From an archaeon (GTDB lineage Archaea; Nanobdellota; Nanobdellia; SCGC-AAA011-G17; GW2011-AR17), in assembly GCA_043814545.1 (NCBI GenBank), contig JBDRJY010000018.1:18046-82045 (forward strand): a stretch of DNA of 64,000 bases, written 5' to 3'. A program made the translations under genes and the position numbers. Under the pieces are notes generated by a model. That model was given only the letters and a program-made list of their open reading frames with translations. It was not told where the DNA came from and made no database searches. Position 1 is the stretch's first letter. Each line of letters begins with the position of its first letter. Below, piece by piece: positions 36,341 to 45,144 of this stretch.

Positions 36341-36687
36341 TGTCAATTTTGCTTTATAAATTTTATGTACAACAATCCTAAATTTAGTTTACATATCCCT
36401 TAATAAACAAAAAATTAGAGTTATATTTAGGTGATAAACAATATGTGAACAATGTGGTGGCCGTTACGATCACGAGAAGGCCCGTATGCTATGCCAACAG
36501 CTCCAGGATAAGGCTGGTACTGTTGATAGGTTAACAGTTATTTCTATGCTACAAAGCGTTTACAATCACGAAGAGTTAGCACGTTGGGTTTCAACCAAGA
36601 TAAACGATTACGAATCTTTACAAAGAAAATTGAAAGATTTGAGTTAAATCTTAGATTATGTTTTAATTATCTGGTTAATGGACAAAA

Positions 36688-37158
36688 TTATTTAGAATAA
36701 ATAACAGAATGTTTATGATTACTTTTATCACTCATAGGTATACCTGCAAGTTCACCTAATTTTTGAATTTTATGATTAGTCATATTAGATTTTCTAATAA
36801 AAAATACTTCGACATCATATGTATCTTGAATAAATTTTTCGTTTCTATATGCAAGATTAAGTTCGTCTTTAGAAAATGGTTTTCCGTCTGGTTCTCTATC
36901 AAGCCATTTTGGAATTGGATAATTATCTTCGACAAAAACAATAAAATCAAAATCTGAATATAAACTTCCTCGAAATCCTGGTGGTTCATATTTTCCAAAA
37001 GTTCCTTTAACAGATGAACCCATAAGAATAATTTTTAGAATTTGATTATTTGGTAATAACTTCTTTTTAATTTTTTCAATAGCCTGTTTTCTTCATAAAT
37101 CTTGTTTTTCTTTAGGAAAAATTGTTTTTAGTGGTCTGGATTTTAAATGTTCTTCCAT
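36688..37158 (-). pseudogene. Minimal nucleotidyltransferase (MNT, Pol-beta superfamily) interrupted by an in-frame TGA
   Basis: Minus-strand frame reads MEEHLKSRPLKTIFPKEKQDL-TGA(37093-37095)-RKQAIEKIKKKLLPNNQILKIILMGSSVKGTFGKYEPPGFRGSLYSDFDFIVFV...; a GSx5-10SDxD NTase motif. The N-terminal helix needed for the fold lies upstream of the listed ATG (37023) and is cut by the stop. Confidence 0.5.
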
Positions 37159-37305
37159 AATATTTTAAATTATTTATGTTGTATATAAATATAACGAATC
37201 ACGATCCCAAATTCAAATAATTCATTGACAATGTTTTAGCTTTATTCACCCGCAGGGAAAACCCAAACAGATAATCTTATAAGACTTCTTAATATTCTAT
37301 ACAAT

Positions 37306-38178
37306 ATGGAAAATGTTGGCGGTCAGGCTGTTATTGAAGGCGTTATGATGAAAGCTAAAGATACAATAGTCACAGCTGTTAGAAAACCTACTGGAGAGAT
37401 TGTTTATCAAAAAAAGAAATTTAAGTCTTTAACAAAAAAACCAGTTTTAAAATGGCCTTTCATAAGGGGTATTGTAAATTTAATTGAAATGTTAGTTATT
37501 GGAATAAAATCATTAAACTATTCTACAGACATTGCAATGGATGAAGAAGGTACAGGTAAACACGAAAAACTTTCCTGGTTTCATATTCTTATAACAATTG
37601 TTTTATCCTTAGGCTTAGCTTTGGTATTGTTCAAGTTTGTACCATTACTAATTACACAGTTATTGAATAATAATGTAAGTTTGTTTGAGAATAGATATAT
37701 TTTCAATATTACTGAAGGTTTGTTAAAAATTATGATTTTAGTATTATATATTTACGTTATATCATATTTTGCTGATATTAAAAGAACATTCATGTACCAT
37801 GGCGCTGAACATAAAGCTGTGCATTGTTACGAAAGTGGTAAAGAATTAATAGTTAAAAATTGTAGAAAATTTTCCACGATCCATCCGCGTTGCGGTACTA
37901 GCTTTATCTTGTTAGTGTTAGGAATCAGTATCATTGTATACATTTTCTTACCATTAGACATTTCAATTTGGTCCAAATACGGTTTAAGATTATTATTGTT
38001 ACCTGTTATTGCCGGAATATCTTACGAAGTTTTGAAACTAAGTGCTAAACATCAAAAGAATATCATTTTGAAACTGATAATGGCACCTGGTTTAGCTTTG
38101 CAAAGGTTAACAACTAACGAACCTACTGACGATCAGATAGAGGTAGCTTTATTTTCTTTGAAGAAAGCGTTAAAATAA
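37306..38178 (+). CDS. DUF1385 (YqhQ-like) membrane-associated protein
   Basis: YHGAEHKAVHC motif characteristic of DUF1385. Confidence 0.55.
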   Translation: MENVGGQAVIEGVMMKAKDTIVTAVRKPTGEIVYQKKKFKSLTKKPVLKWPFIRGIVNLIEMLVIGIKSLNYSTDIAMDEEGTGKHEKLSWFHILITIVLSLGLALVLFKFVPLLITQLLNNNVSLFENRYIFNITEGLLKIMILVLYIYVISYFADIKRTFMYHGAEHKAVHCYESGKELIVKNCRKFSTIHPRCGTSFILLVLGISIIVYIFLPLDISIWSKYGLRLLLLPVIAGISYEVLKLSAKHQKNIILKLIMAPGLALQRLTTNEPTDDQIEVALFSLKKALK

Positions 38179-38634
38179 TTATTCTAATTTAGATTCTAAT
38201 TTTTCATATTTCTCATTATTAATTGAGCTATTTATACCATAAAATCCAGCAAAAGATAATGCAACAATTTCAGCACTGATTATCGTCGTTAATGGTAGTG
38301 GTAACTGTGATACAGAGTTAGTTAAAGTAAGTAAAAAGTTATAATCATTATTCAAGAAATAAAAGAATAAATCGAGCATTCTTGAGGATTTTGCATCCCA
38401 TAAAGCATTTGAAAACATCTCAAAACCGAAATAACTTCCACCTAAAATCAATCCACCCAAACATCCATTATAAACTAGATTTCTTCGACTCTTTTGTTCT
38501 TTAATAAAATCTTGTTCTTCTGGAGAACCATTAAGTAAAATCTCACGTTCATCATCTAACGTTTCCTGGTTGTACCAAAATATGTCTCGTAGACTGAAGT
38601 GTTTCATTTTTTCTGTGTTAAAATAATTTTGCAA
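38179..38634 (-). CDS. hypothetical membrane protein
   Basis: Hydrophobic segments; 151 aa. Confidence 0.4.
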   Translation of the reverse strand: MQNYFNTEKMKHFSLRDIFWYNQETLDDEREILLNGSPEEQDFIKEQKSRRNLVYNGCLGGLILGGSYFGFEMFSNALWDAKSSRMLDLFFYFLNNDYNFLLTLTNSVSQLPLPLTTIISAEIVALSFAGFYGINSSINNEKYEKLESKLE

Positions 38635-39043
38635 AAGTTAGTTTAGTTAACAAATCATCTAACTCTTCAAATTCAGATTTTTTAAATTTTCTTGCAAGTA
38701 ATTGTTTAGGTTCTTTTGTCACATAATAAACAGGTTTTAATTTGATTAAACTTCCTTTTTGAAATTCTGCTTGTTTATCTTCCATAGCTTGAACCAATTC
38801 AGGAATAGAAAAATAATTGTATTCTATACTTTGACAAATTAAGGGCCCATCTAAAGACCATATAAAACCATAAGTTTTTGGTTTAAATAATTTATTTTTA
38901 TATGCAAAAGGTGATGCAATAAAGAAAGTCAGTGTTTCATTAATTGGTGATTCAAAATTTCTTTCCACCAAAATATCATTATGATCTGTGTATCTATGTA
39001 AACCTTCAACAGCTTCTGGGAAATCTTTAAACACATGTATCAT
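38618..39043 (-). CDS. hypothetical protein
   Basis: 141-aa ORF. Confidence 0.4.
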   Translation of the reverse strand: MIHVFKDFPEAVEGLHRYTDHNDILVERNFESPINETLTFFIASPFAYKNKLFKPKTYGFIWSLDGPLICQSIEYNYFSIPELVQAMEDKQAEFQKGSLIKLKPVYYVTKEPKQLLARKFKKSEFEELDDLLTKLTFAKLF

Positions 39044-39078
39044 TTTATATTAAAATAAAAAAATAAAAAAAGGCAAGC

Positions 39079-40359
39079 TTAAGCTTGCTCAAAGTCGAAC
39101 TCTTCTTCGTTGTCTCTGCCAACATATGCTTTGATAACCAAGCCAAGGATTACTAAAACAATCAGTGCAGCTAAAATACCGCTAGCGACTGCGTAACCAT
39201 TAACTGTGTTTTCTTCAGCAACGTTAACATTGAACGACTGTTCTTCAACGATTGTGTCGCCACTTTTTACAACAACTGAAAATTGGTGTGAACCAGCTTC
39301 TTCAGGTGTAATGGTGTAAACAACTTCGCCAGTTGAACCAGGAGCTACAGTAAATAATGACTGACTAACTGATGTTTCAGCCCAGAACTCAGCACCGTTA
39401 ACTTCAACAGTGTAAGCTTTTGAACTGTCACCAAAGTTACCAACCAATACTTTAAAGTTAGATTCTTGACCAACCTTAAGTTCGTCAACACTAGCTTGTA
39501 TTGCAGCAACTGAACTGTCGTCACCATCTTGTACAGTGGTACCGTCATTGCTAACATAGATTGTTTCAGTTTGTGTTACAACTGAGTGACCTCTGTTGTA
39601 AGTAACTTCAACTAAAACTTCGTATGAACCTTCAGGAGCATCTTCAGGAATAGTCAAGTAGATACTGTCTGAACTCAATGAAGTTTCTTCATCTTCATTA
39701 GCTTCTTCGGTATTTGTCAATTCATCAATGTAAGTGCTAGCTGATACGCCAAGGCTTTCAATTTTAACTGTAACCTTGATGTCTTCTTCTTTGTTTTCCC
39801 CAGTGTTTTCAACTCTAACTTTAGTTGTTAGGGTTTGACCTGCTTCAACAGTTTCTGAAGGGCTCATTACAACATCTTGAATTGTCAAATCATGTCGAGC
39901 AGCTTCAACGAACAAAGTAAAACTTTTTTCGTAGCTAAAATCATCATTATAAGCTTCTACGTGTAACGTATACTCGTCATCAGCATCCATGTCAGCTGGA
40001 ACATCTAATGTCAAATACTTGATGTATCTTACACCCTGTTCAACGTCAAACATTTCAGTAACATCTTCGATGTCATCATACTCGTAACCGCCTATCCAAG
40101 CTTTAACTTTTATGTCTTCATCTAGGGTAGTGAAACTGGTTAATTTAAGGGCAAGAGAAACAGTTTCTCCACGCTCAACTTGAACAACGTCACCTGTTTC
40201 AGTGTGAACACCGTTCACATAAAAATCAAATTCAGTAAAATCCAAGTTACCAGCAGCAACTACACCGGTCATTGTTATTAAGAATAACATAACTAGACCT
40301 AAGATTGCTTTGATTGCTTTCATTTTTGTTCTCATTTGGTTAAACCTAATGTTTGGCAC
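39079..40359 (-). CDS. Secreted surface protein with CARDB-like repeats and C-terminal TM anchor
   Basis: Signal peptide, two DLTIQDVVMSP / VKVENTGE-type modules, C-terminal hydrophobic helix plus short charged tail. Confidence 0.6.
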   Translation of the reverse strand: MPNIRFNQMRTKMKAIKAILGLVMLFLITMTGVVAAGNLDFTEFDFYVNGVHTETGDVVQVERGETVSLALKLTSFTTLDEDIKVKAWIGGYEYDDIEDVTEMFDVEQGVRYIKYLTLDVPADMDADDEYTLHVEAYNDDFSYEKSFTLFVEAARHDLTIQDVVMSPSETVEAGQTLTTKVRVENTGENKEEDIKVTVKIESLGVSASTYIDELTNTEEANEDEETSLSSDSIYLTIPEDAPEGSYEVLVEVTYNRGHSVVTQTETIYVSNDGTTVQDGDDSSVAAIQASVDELKVGQESNFKVLVGNFGDSSKAYTVEVNGAEFWAETSVSQSLFTVAPGSTGEVVYTITPEEAGSHQFSVVVKSGDTIVEEQSFNVNVAEENTVNGYAVASGILAALIVLVILGLVIKAYVGRDNEEEFDFEQA

Positions 40360-40480
40360 CTCTTTGTTATTGTAAAGTTAAGATTGTGCATTATTATCAC
40401 TTTAGAATGACAACAAGTATTATATAAACCTTTCGTCTTTAACAGGTAATAAACATTCTTTAGAATTAGGCTCTTAGGAG

Positions 40481-41044
40481 CTAGTTTTCGGGCAGTTGGT
40501 CCACTTCTTTGAAGAATAAAACCCATTTTTTGAGTTCATTTACGGTTCTTTCACCGAACTTCTTGTACCATTCTATATTCTCTTGAATCGTGATTTCACG
40601 TCCGAATTTAGTTGGATGTTTGCTGTAGAAGAAATCTGCAAAGGCTACAATCTTTTCTTCAATAGTGTTAGGAATCATATCTCTTTCTGGAAGGCCTTGT
40701 TTTTTAGCTTCTTCTTTGGTTAAACCTACGCCTAAATGATGTTCACATGCAATTGCGTGTTTAGGTAAACCTTCTTTTTCTAGGATTTCTCTGCCTAACA
40801 TACCATGCATATTGTACGGATATTTCCCATGACAATGGATTTCTGGAGCATTTGTCATGAAACAGCCAATGTCATGCAACATTGCAGCTTCTTCAATGAA
40901 TTTCAAGTCAGGGTTATACTCTTTCATTCGTTTAGCTATCTCTAATGCTTTTTTAGTAACTTGTTTAGAATGTTCTAACACTATTGTTAATGCTTCTTGA
41001 TTATTTTTATAATATTTTTTTAATAAAGTGATAGTATCAACCAT
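40481..41044 (-). CDS. HD-domain phosphohydrolase
   Basis: H...HD motif (MLHDIG), downstream His residues. Confidence 0.7.
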   Translation of the reverse strand: MVDTITLLKKYYKNNQEALTIVLEHSKQVTKKALEIAKRMKEYNPDLKFIEEAAMLHDIGCFMTNAPEIHCHGKYPYNMHGMLGREILEKEGLPKHAIACEHHLGVGLTKEEAKKQGLPERDMIPNTIEEKIVAFADFFYSKHPTKFGREITIQENIEWYKKFGERTVNELKKWVLFFKEVDQLPEN

Positions 41045-41094
41045 AGAATATTAAATGAAATTTTATTGTTTTTAAGTTTAATGGATTTTTCCCT

Positions 41095-41382
41095 TTGGGT
41101 GAATATAGTTTTAATGAATCATTGACTATGGTAACAGAAAAATCTATATACCTTATTAAATATTATTATAATATGAAAAATTTACTTTTATTAAGCTGGA
41201 GAAAAGCATGGATAATTATTGTTTCTGGATTTATCTTTGTACTCTTACATAACCTAATCAGTGGATTATTTGGAATTGAAGAGCCGTTTTTTTTCATTCT
41301 AGTTGTGTTTGTTCTTCCGATTTATGTAATCCTTGCAGTTATTTACAGTTTGATTTACTTAATTAAAAAAAAAAGAAAATAG
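41095..41382 (+). CDS. small membrane protein
   Basis: Two TM helices; 95 aa. Confidence 0.35.
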   Translation: MGEYSFNESLTMVTEKSIYLIKYYYNMKNLLLLSWRKAWIIIVSGFIFVLLHNLISGLFGIEEPFFFILVVFVLPIYVILAVIYSLIYLIKKKRK

Positions 41383-41401
41383 AAAATTCTTAAAGAAAAG
41401 C

Positions 41402-41569
41402 CTAAAGGCTTTCCATAACTTTTTCAAAATACGCAACCGGTTTAATATCGGTTACAACAGTTTTGTGAATGACCCAACGACCATCCATGCTTTTACCTAT
41501 GCTTGTTTCTAAGATAGGTTGTTTTTGTAACTGTTCAATCTTTTTTTCTGAAAGATCCACTAATTCCAT
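41402..41569 (-). CDS. small hypothetical protein (55 aa) with strong SD
   Basis: Not in the ORF track. MELVDLSEKKIEQLQKQPILETSIGKSMDGRWVIHKTVVTDIKPVAYFEKVMESL; GGAGGTGA 5 nt upstream of the ATG. Confidence 0.45.
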   Translation of the reverse strand: MELVDLSEKKIEQLQKQPILETSIGKSMDGRWVIHKTVVTDIKPVAYFEKVMESL

Positions 41570-41679
41570 AGTTATTCACCTCCAAGTTTATTCAAATAAA
41601 TCTAGAAAGAGTCTTAAAAAGAATATCTTAAAAAATACATAGAATTTTCCGACACTTCACAAAAATCTTAACTAAAGTT

Positions 41680-41775
41680 TTATAATTTTTCTTTGCCCGT
41701 AATCATATACTTAATGACAAGATACATTGCACCAAGTCCGACGAGACTTAAGTATAGTAATAGAAAATTGCTCAT
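41680..41775 (-). CDS. candidate 31-aa membrane peptide
   Basis: MSNFLLLYLSLVGLGAMYLVIKYMITGKEKL; ATG overlaps the stop of the upstream Zn-ribbon ORF (ATGA). Confidence 0.25.
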   Translation of the reverse strand: MSNFLLLYLSLVGLGAMYLVIKYMITGKEKL

Positions 41776-41882
41776 CTTTTCTTTAGGCAGGTTATACACC
41801 TAAACTTAGGAATGCTAATATTCATACTGTCGAACACTTTTAACGGTTTACCGCATTCGAAACATTTTACTTTAATTTCCAT
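41772..41882 (-). CDS. candidate 36-aa zinc-ribbon peptide
   Basis: MEIKVKCFECGKPLKVFDSMNISIPKFRCITCLKKR (CxxC...CxxC). Confidence 0.3.
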   Translation of the reverse strand: MEIKVKCFECGKPLKVFDSMNISIPKFRCITCLKKR

Positions 41883-41988
41883 CTTACTCTGTTGAGGAAA
41901 ATCTATCTTTTATAAACCTTTCGAAACGTAGTTTTCTTAACAACAATGCTTTTATACCTAAAAAATTATGATTGGTCTAAGAAGAAAA

Positions 41989-42561
41989 ATGATAATAACA
42001 ATTAGCGGCCCTCATGGTTCCGGAAAAACAACTGTTGGCAAAATCATTGCTGAAAAATTAAATTATGAATTCTTTTCTACTGGTGATGCAAGGGGGGAGA
42101 TAGCTCTTAAACATAACATGACTATGAATGAACTTAACAAAATAGGGGAGACTGAAGCTTGGCCTCATAAAGAAGTTGACGATTATATTATGGAGTTAGG
42201 TTCAAGAGCAGATGATATTGTTATTGATTCTTGGCTAGCTTTCCATTTCATTCCAAAATCTTTCAAAATCTTTTTCAAGGTAGATCCAAAAATTGCTGCT
42301 GAACGAATTTTCAAGCAAAAACAATCTGATTCTAATGTCAGAGAAGATGAAGAAAAAACAAAAGATGTTGAAGATACTTTAAGGGATATTGAAGAAAAAA
42401 CAGCTAGCTGGAAAGTTGGGATAAAGAAATTATACGACATTGACCCTTTTGATGAACAACATTATGATATTATTATAGACACTTCAAATTTAACAATAGA
42501 GCAAGTAGCAGATGATTTACTGGCTAAAATTAAATCTTGGATAAATACGGAAACTATATAA
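41989..42561 (+). CDS. cmk: Cytidylate kinase, archaeal type
   Basis: MIITISGPHGSGKTT P-loop; about 190 aa, typical of archaeal CMP kinases; alternative upstream start at 41968. Confidence 0.65.
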   Translation: MIITISGPHGSGKTTVGKIIAEKLNYEFFSTGDARGEIALKHNMTMNELNKIGETEAWPHKEVDDYIMELGSRADDIVIDSWLAFHFIPKSFKIFFKVDPKIAAERIFKQKQSDSNVREDEEKTKDVEDTLRDIEEKTASWKVGIKKLYDIDPFDEQHYDIIIDTSNLTIEQVADDLLAKIKSWINTETI

Positions 42562-44858
42562 ATTCTGTATTTTTACAAAAATTTATGGGGTTTAGAGATA
42601 GATTAGAAGAGATGTTAACAAATGTTTCATCTATTGAAGCTATACAATTTGTTGTTGATGGATATTCTCAAAAACGTTCTGATTTTTCTGTATGGGCTGC
42701 TGAAGAGTTGGTAGGTAGGGGCATGTCAGATTTTCGTTTATACAAGATCTTGGCTAAAAATCATTTTCAGCAAGGAGAGTTTAATAGAGGGTTTGAAAAC
42801 CTTGAACTCGCTATAGATAATAACCCTGAAGATGCTGAATCTTATTTTTTAAGAGGTTTAGGAAAAGCACAAGTTTATCGGCACCAAACCAAATCAAAAA
42901 ATTCAGAAGAAATTTTATCTGATATAAAAGATAATTTTGTCCTGGCTGTTAAACATGATTTATCCTTTTACAGAAATGTTTTAGATTACTTAAACTGTCA
43001 GACTGATTTAGATACGCCTGGCGCAGACATTCCTTCCACTACTGAAGTAGGCCTCGTTGCAACAAAAACTTTTAAGGAAGTAGGAGGAAAATTTGATTCA
43101 GATTTATTGTTAAGCACTTTTGGTGCACTTGATATTGATTTTATTGACGACTTTAAATTTTTGCAATGGTTTTATGAACAAGCAAAAGTTCTTGAAGAAC
43201 CAGATTTTATCACTGATGAGCTTAAAGCAAAACTAGTTTTGCACAATTACAACGACATTGAATATTTGATTAACACTTTTAGTGGTGAATTATTTAAAAA
43301 TTGTTGGTTCCCTGACGAGAAAAAACAAAAGTTAATGCTTAACAAAATTTGGAATCATAATAATAAGGCTGTGCAAACAAATCCTGTTTTTAACTATAGG
43401 TTAGCAGAGTTTATCTGGATAGATGGTAATTTGTTAAATACTAATGCAAACTTTGCTTCAATTTGTATACGTAACGCAATTGAAAACGAGTATTATAATA
43501 AAGAAGCAGCTGAGGCAATGTTACACAGAATTTATTGTCACAGGATAATTGCTGCTGAAGACGAACGTGTTTCTCAGATTGCTCGTCGTGAATATAGAGA
43601 GTTTTGTGCTAAGAATGGTATTGTAGCTTTAGACAAGATTGAAGAACATTTAGACCCTGATGATTTGGAAGAAGATACTATTAACGAAATGTTACCTGCT
43701 TTGTTAGGTCCAACTCCAGATTCTGTTACAGACTTTTCGTTAAGAAACATGATTCTTAACATTAAACACGAACTTGATACTCGTATTATTGGCCAAGAAG
43801 AACCTAGTCGCGCTTTATCTGAGGCAATAGGTAATCATGTTTATCGTGTGCGTGAAATTTTGTTAGGACATCAACCGCAGACAGACCATAGTAATTTGTT
43901 GTTAATTGGTTCGACAGCTACAGGAAAAACTTTGTCAGCGAAAGTAGCCTTAGAATTTGCATTGAAAGAATTTAAACTACCTGCTATAAACTTTGACGCT
44001 TCAACTATAACTGAACATGGTTATGTTGGCGCTGATGCTGAAGATTGTTTACAATTATTATATCTTGAATCGGGTAAAAATCTGAAAGCAACTGAATGTG
44101 GCATTATATTTTTGGATGAGTTTGATAAGAAAAATTCTCAAGGTAATACTGGTTCTAGGGATGTCAGTGGTAGTGGCGCAATGCATTCACTTTTAAAAAT
44201 TTTGGAAGGTCATAAAACTCTTGTTACAATAGGTCAGCATCCAGATAAAGAAGACGTAATTATTGACACTTCAAACATTTTATTCATTGCAATGGGTGCA
44301 TTCCAAGGTTCAACTAACCAATATTCTTTAGATTCAGCAATAAAACAAATTAGAAAACAAAAATTAGGTATAGGTATTAAGTCAGAAAAAATTGACCCTT
44401 TATTATTATCAGATAGAATTCTTTTGCCTGAAGCTTTACATATGTTCGGCATAATCCCACAGGTATCAGGCAGATTACCATATAAAATCCGGTTTAATGA
44501 ACTTACTGAACAAAATTTATATGAAATTTTACAAAATGATTTGCGTATTAATAATCTTGAACGTATTCCTGTCTTTAGAAATAGATATAGGAAAATTTTT
44601 GACCGTGACTTAGTTGTACAAAAAGATGCAATGCAGGAAATAGCTAAATATGCTTACGAGTTAAAGCTAGGTGCGCGTGGTTTAAACGAGATTTGTGATC
44701 TTGTGATTGGCAATTTAATTAGACAAGAACTTTTTGAAAAAGAAATTAATGATGCTTCAAAACGTGTTATAACTCCACAATATGTTCGTAAAACTTTAGA
44801 AAACAAGCGTCAAGAGCAAAATGAAGATAAGAAAAGAGGTTTAGGTTTTAGTTCTTAG
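42537..44858 (+). CDS. ClpX/HslU-family AAA+ unfoldase fused to a roughly 430-aa TPR-like N-terminal domain
   Basis: LLLIGSTATGKT (Walker A), EHGYVGADAEDCL (the ClpX GYVG pore-loop motif), IIFLDEFDK (Walker B), RDVSGSGAMHSLLKILEG, NILFIAMGAF, GARGLNE (sensor 2). The N-terminal domain is helical, repeat-like (NPEDAESYFLRGLGKA), with no Zn-binding ClpX N-domain. Confidence 0.75.
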   Translation: MDKYGNYINSVFLQKFMGFRDRLEEMLTNVSSIEAIQFVVDGYSQKRSDFSVWAAEELVGRGMSDFRLYKILAKNHFQQGEFNRGFENLELAIDNNPEDAESYFLRGLGKAQVYRHQTKSKNSEEILSDIKDNFVLAVKHDLSFYRNVLDYLNCQTDLDTPGADIPSTTEVGLVATKTFKEVGGKFDSDLLLSTFGALDIDFIDDFKFLQWFYEQAKVLEEPDFITDELKAKLVLHNYNDIEYLINTFSGELFKNCWFPDEKKQKLMLNKIWNHNNKAVQTNPVFNYRLAEFIWIDGNLLNTNANFASICIRNAIENEYYNKEAAEAMLHRIYCHRIIAAEDERVSQIARREYREFCAKNGIVALDKIEEHLDPDDLEEDTINEMLPALLGPTPDSVTDFSLRNMILNIKHELDTRIIGQEEPSRALSEAIGNHVYRVREILLGHQPQTDHSNLLLIGSTATGKTLSAKVALEFALKEFKLPAINFDASTITEHGYVGADAEDCLQLLYLESGKNLKATECGIIFLDEFDKKNSQGNTGSRDVSGSGAMHSLLKILEGHKTLVTIGQHPDKEDVIIDTSNILFIAMGAFQGSTNQYSLDSAIKQIRKQKLGIGIKSEKIDPLLLSDRILLPEALHMFGIIPQVSGRLPYKIRFNELTEQNLYEILQNDLRINNLERIPVFRNRYRKIFDRDLVVQKDAMQEIAKYAYELKLGARGLNEICDLVIGNLIRQELFEKEINDASKRVITPQYVRKTLENKRQEQNEDKKRGLGFSS

Positions 44859-45144
44859 GAAATGGCGTCCCAGACTTTCTTAAATTTTCATCTATTTTTT
44901 GATTAACTTCAGTTGTAACTTGGTTTGCCACTAGCTTAGCTCTATATTGTTTGAACTGATGTTTAAAGTGCATTGGACAAGCCCTTTCGCAATTGTTACA
45001 TAAAGTACAAATGTAAAATATTTTATCGATTACATCCTTATTTTTTAGAATGTTTTTTCCTCTAGGAGAAACAGTTTCTCTTAACAATATTTTGTAAACA
45101 GGACAAACACTTTTACAAATTCCGCATTCAATGCACTTAGTCAA
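44848..45144 (-). CDS. 2x[4Fe-4S] ferredoxin-type subunit (GlcF N-terminal half-like)
   Basis: CIECGICKSVCP and CTLCNNCERACP. Confidence 0.7.
   Translation of the reverse strand: MTKCIECGICKSVCPVYKILLRETVSPRGKNILKNKDVIDKIFYICTLCNNCERACPMHFKHQFKQYRAKLVANQVTTEVNQKIDENLRKSGTPFPKN

Noticed and set aside
36763-36998. ORFs 36763..36957 (+) and 36780..36998 (-) overlapping the NTase
   Set aside because: Ile/Phe/Lys-rich junk frames of AT-rich DNA inside a recognisable NTase gene.
36688-37158. In-frame TGA as recoded codon (Sec, or Gly/Trp genetic code variant)
   Set aside because: TGA terminates well-conserved genes in this window (rpoP, the E1 gene, the Ubl-like gene, the DHH gene), and no SECIS-like context is evident; a pseudogene is more parsimonious.
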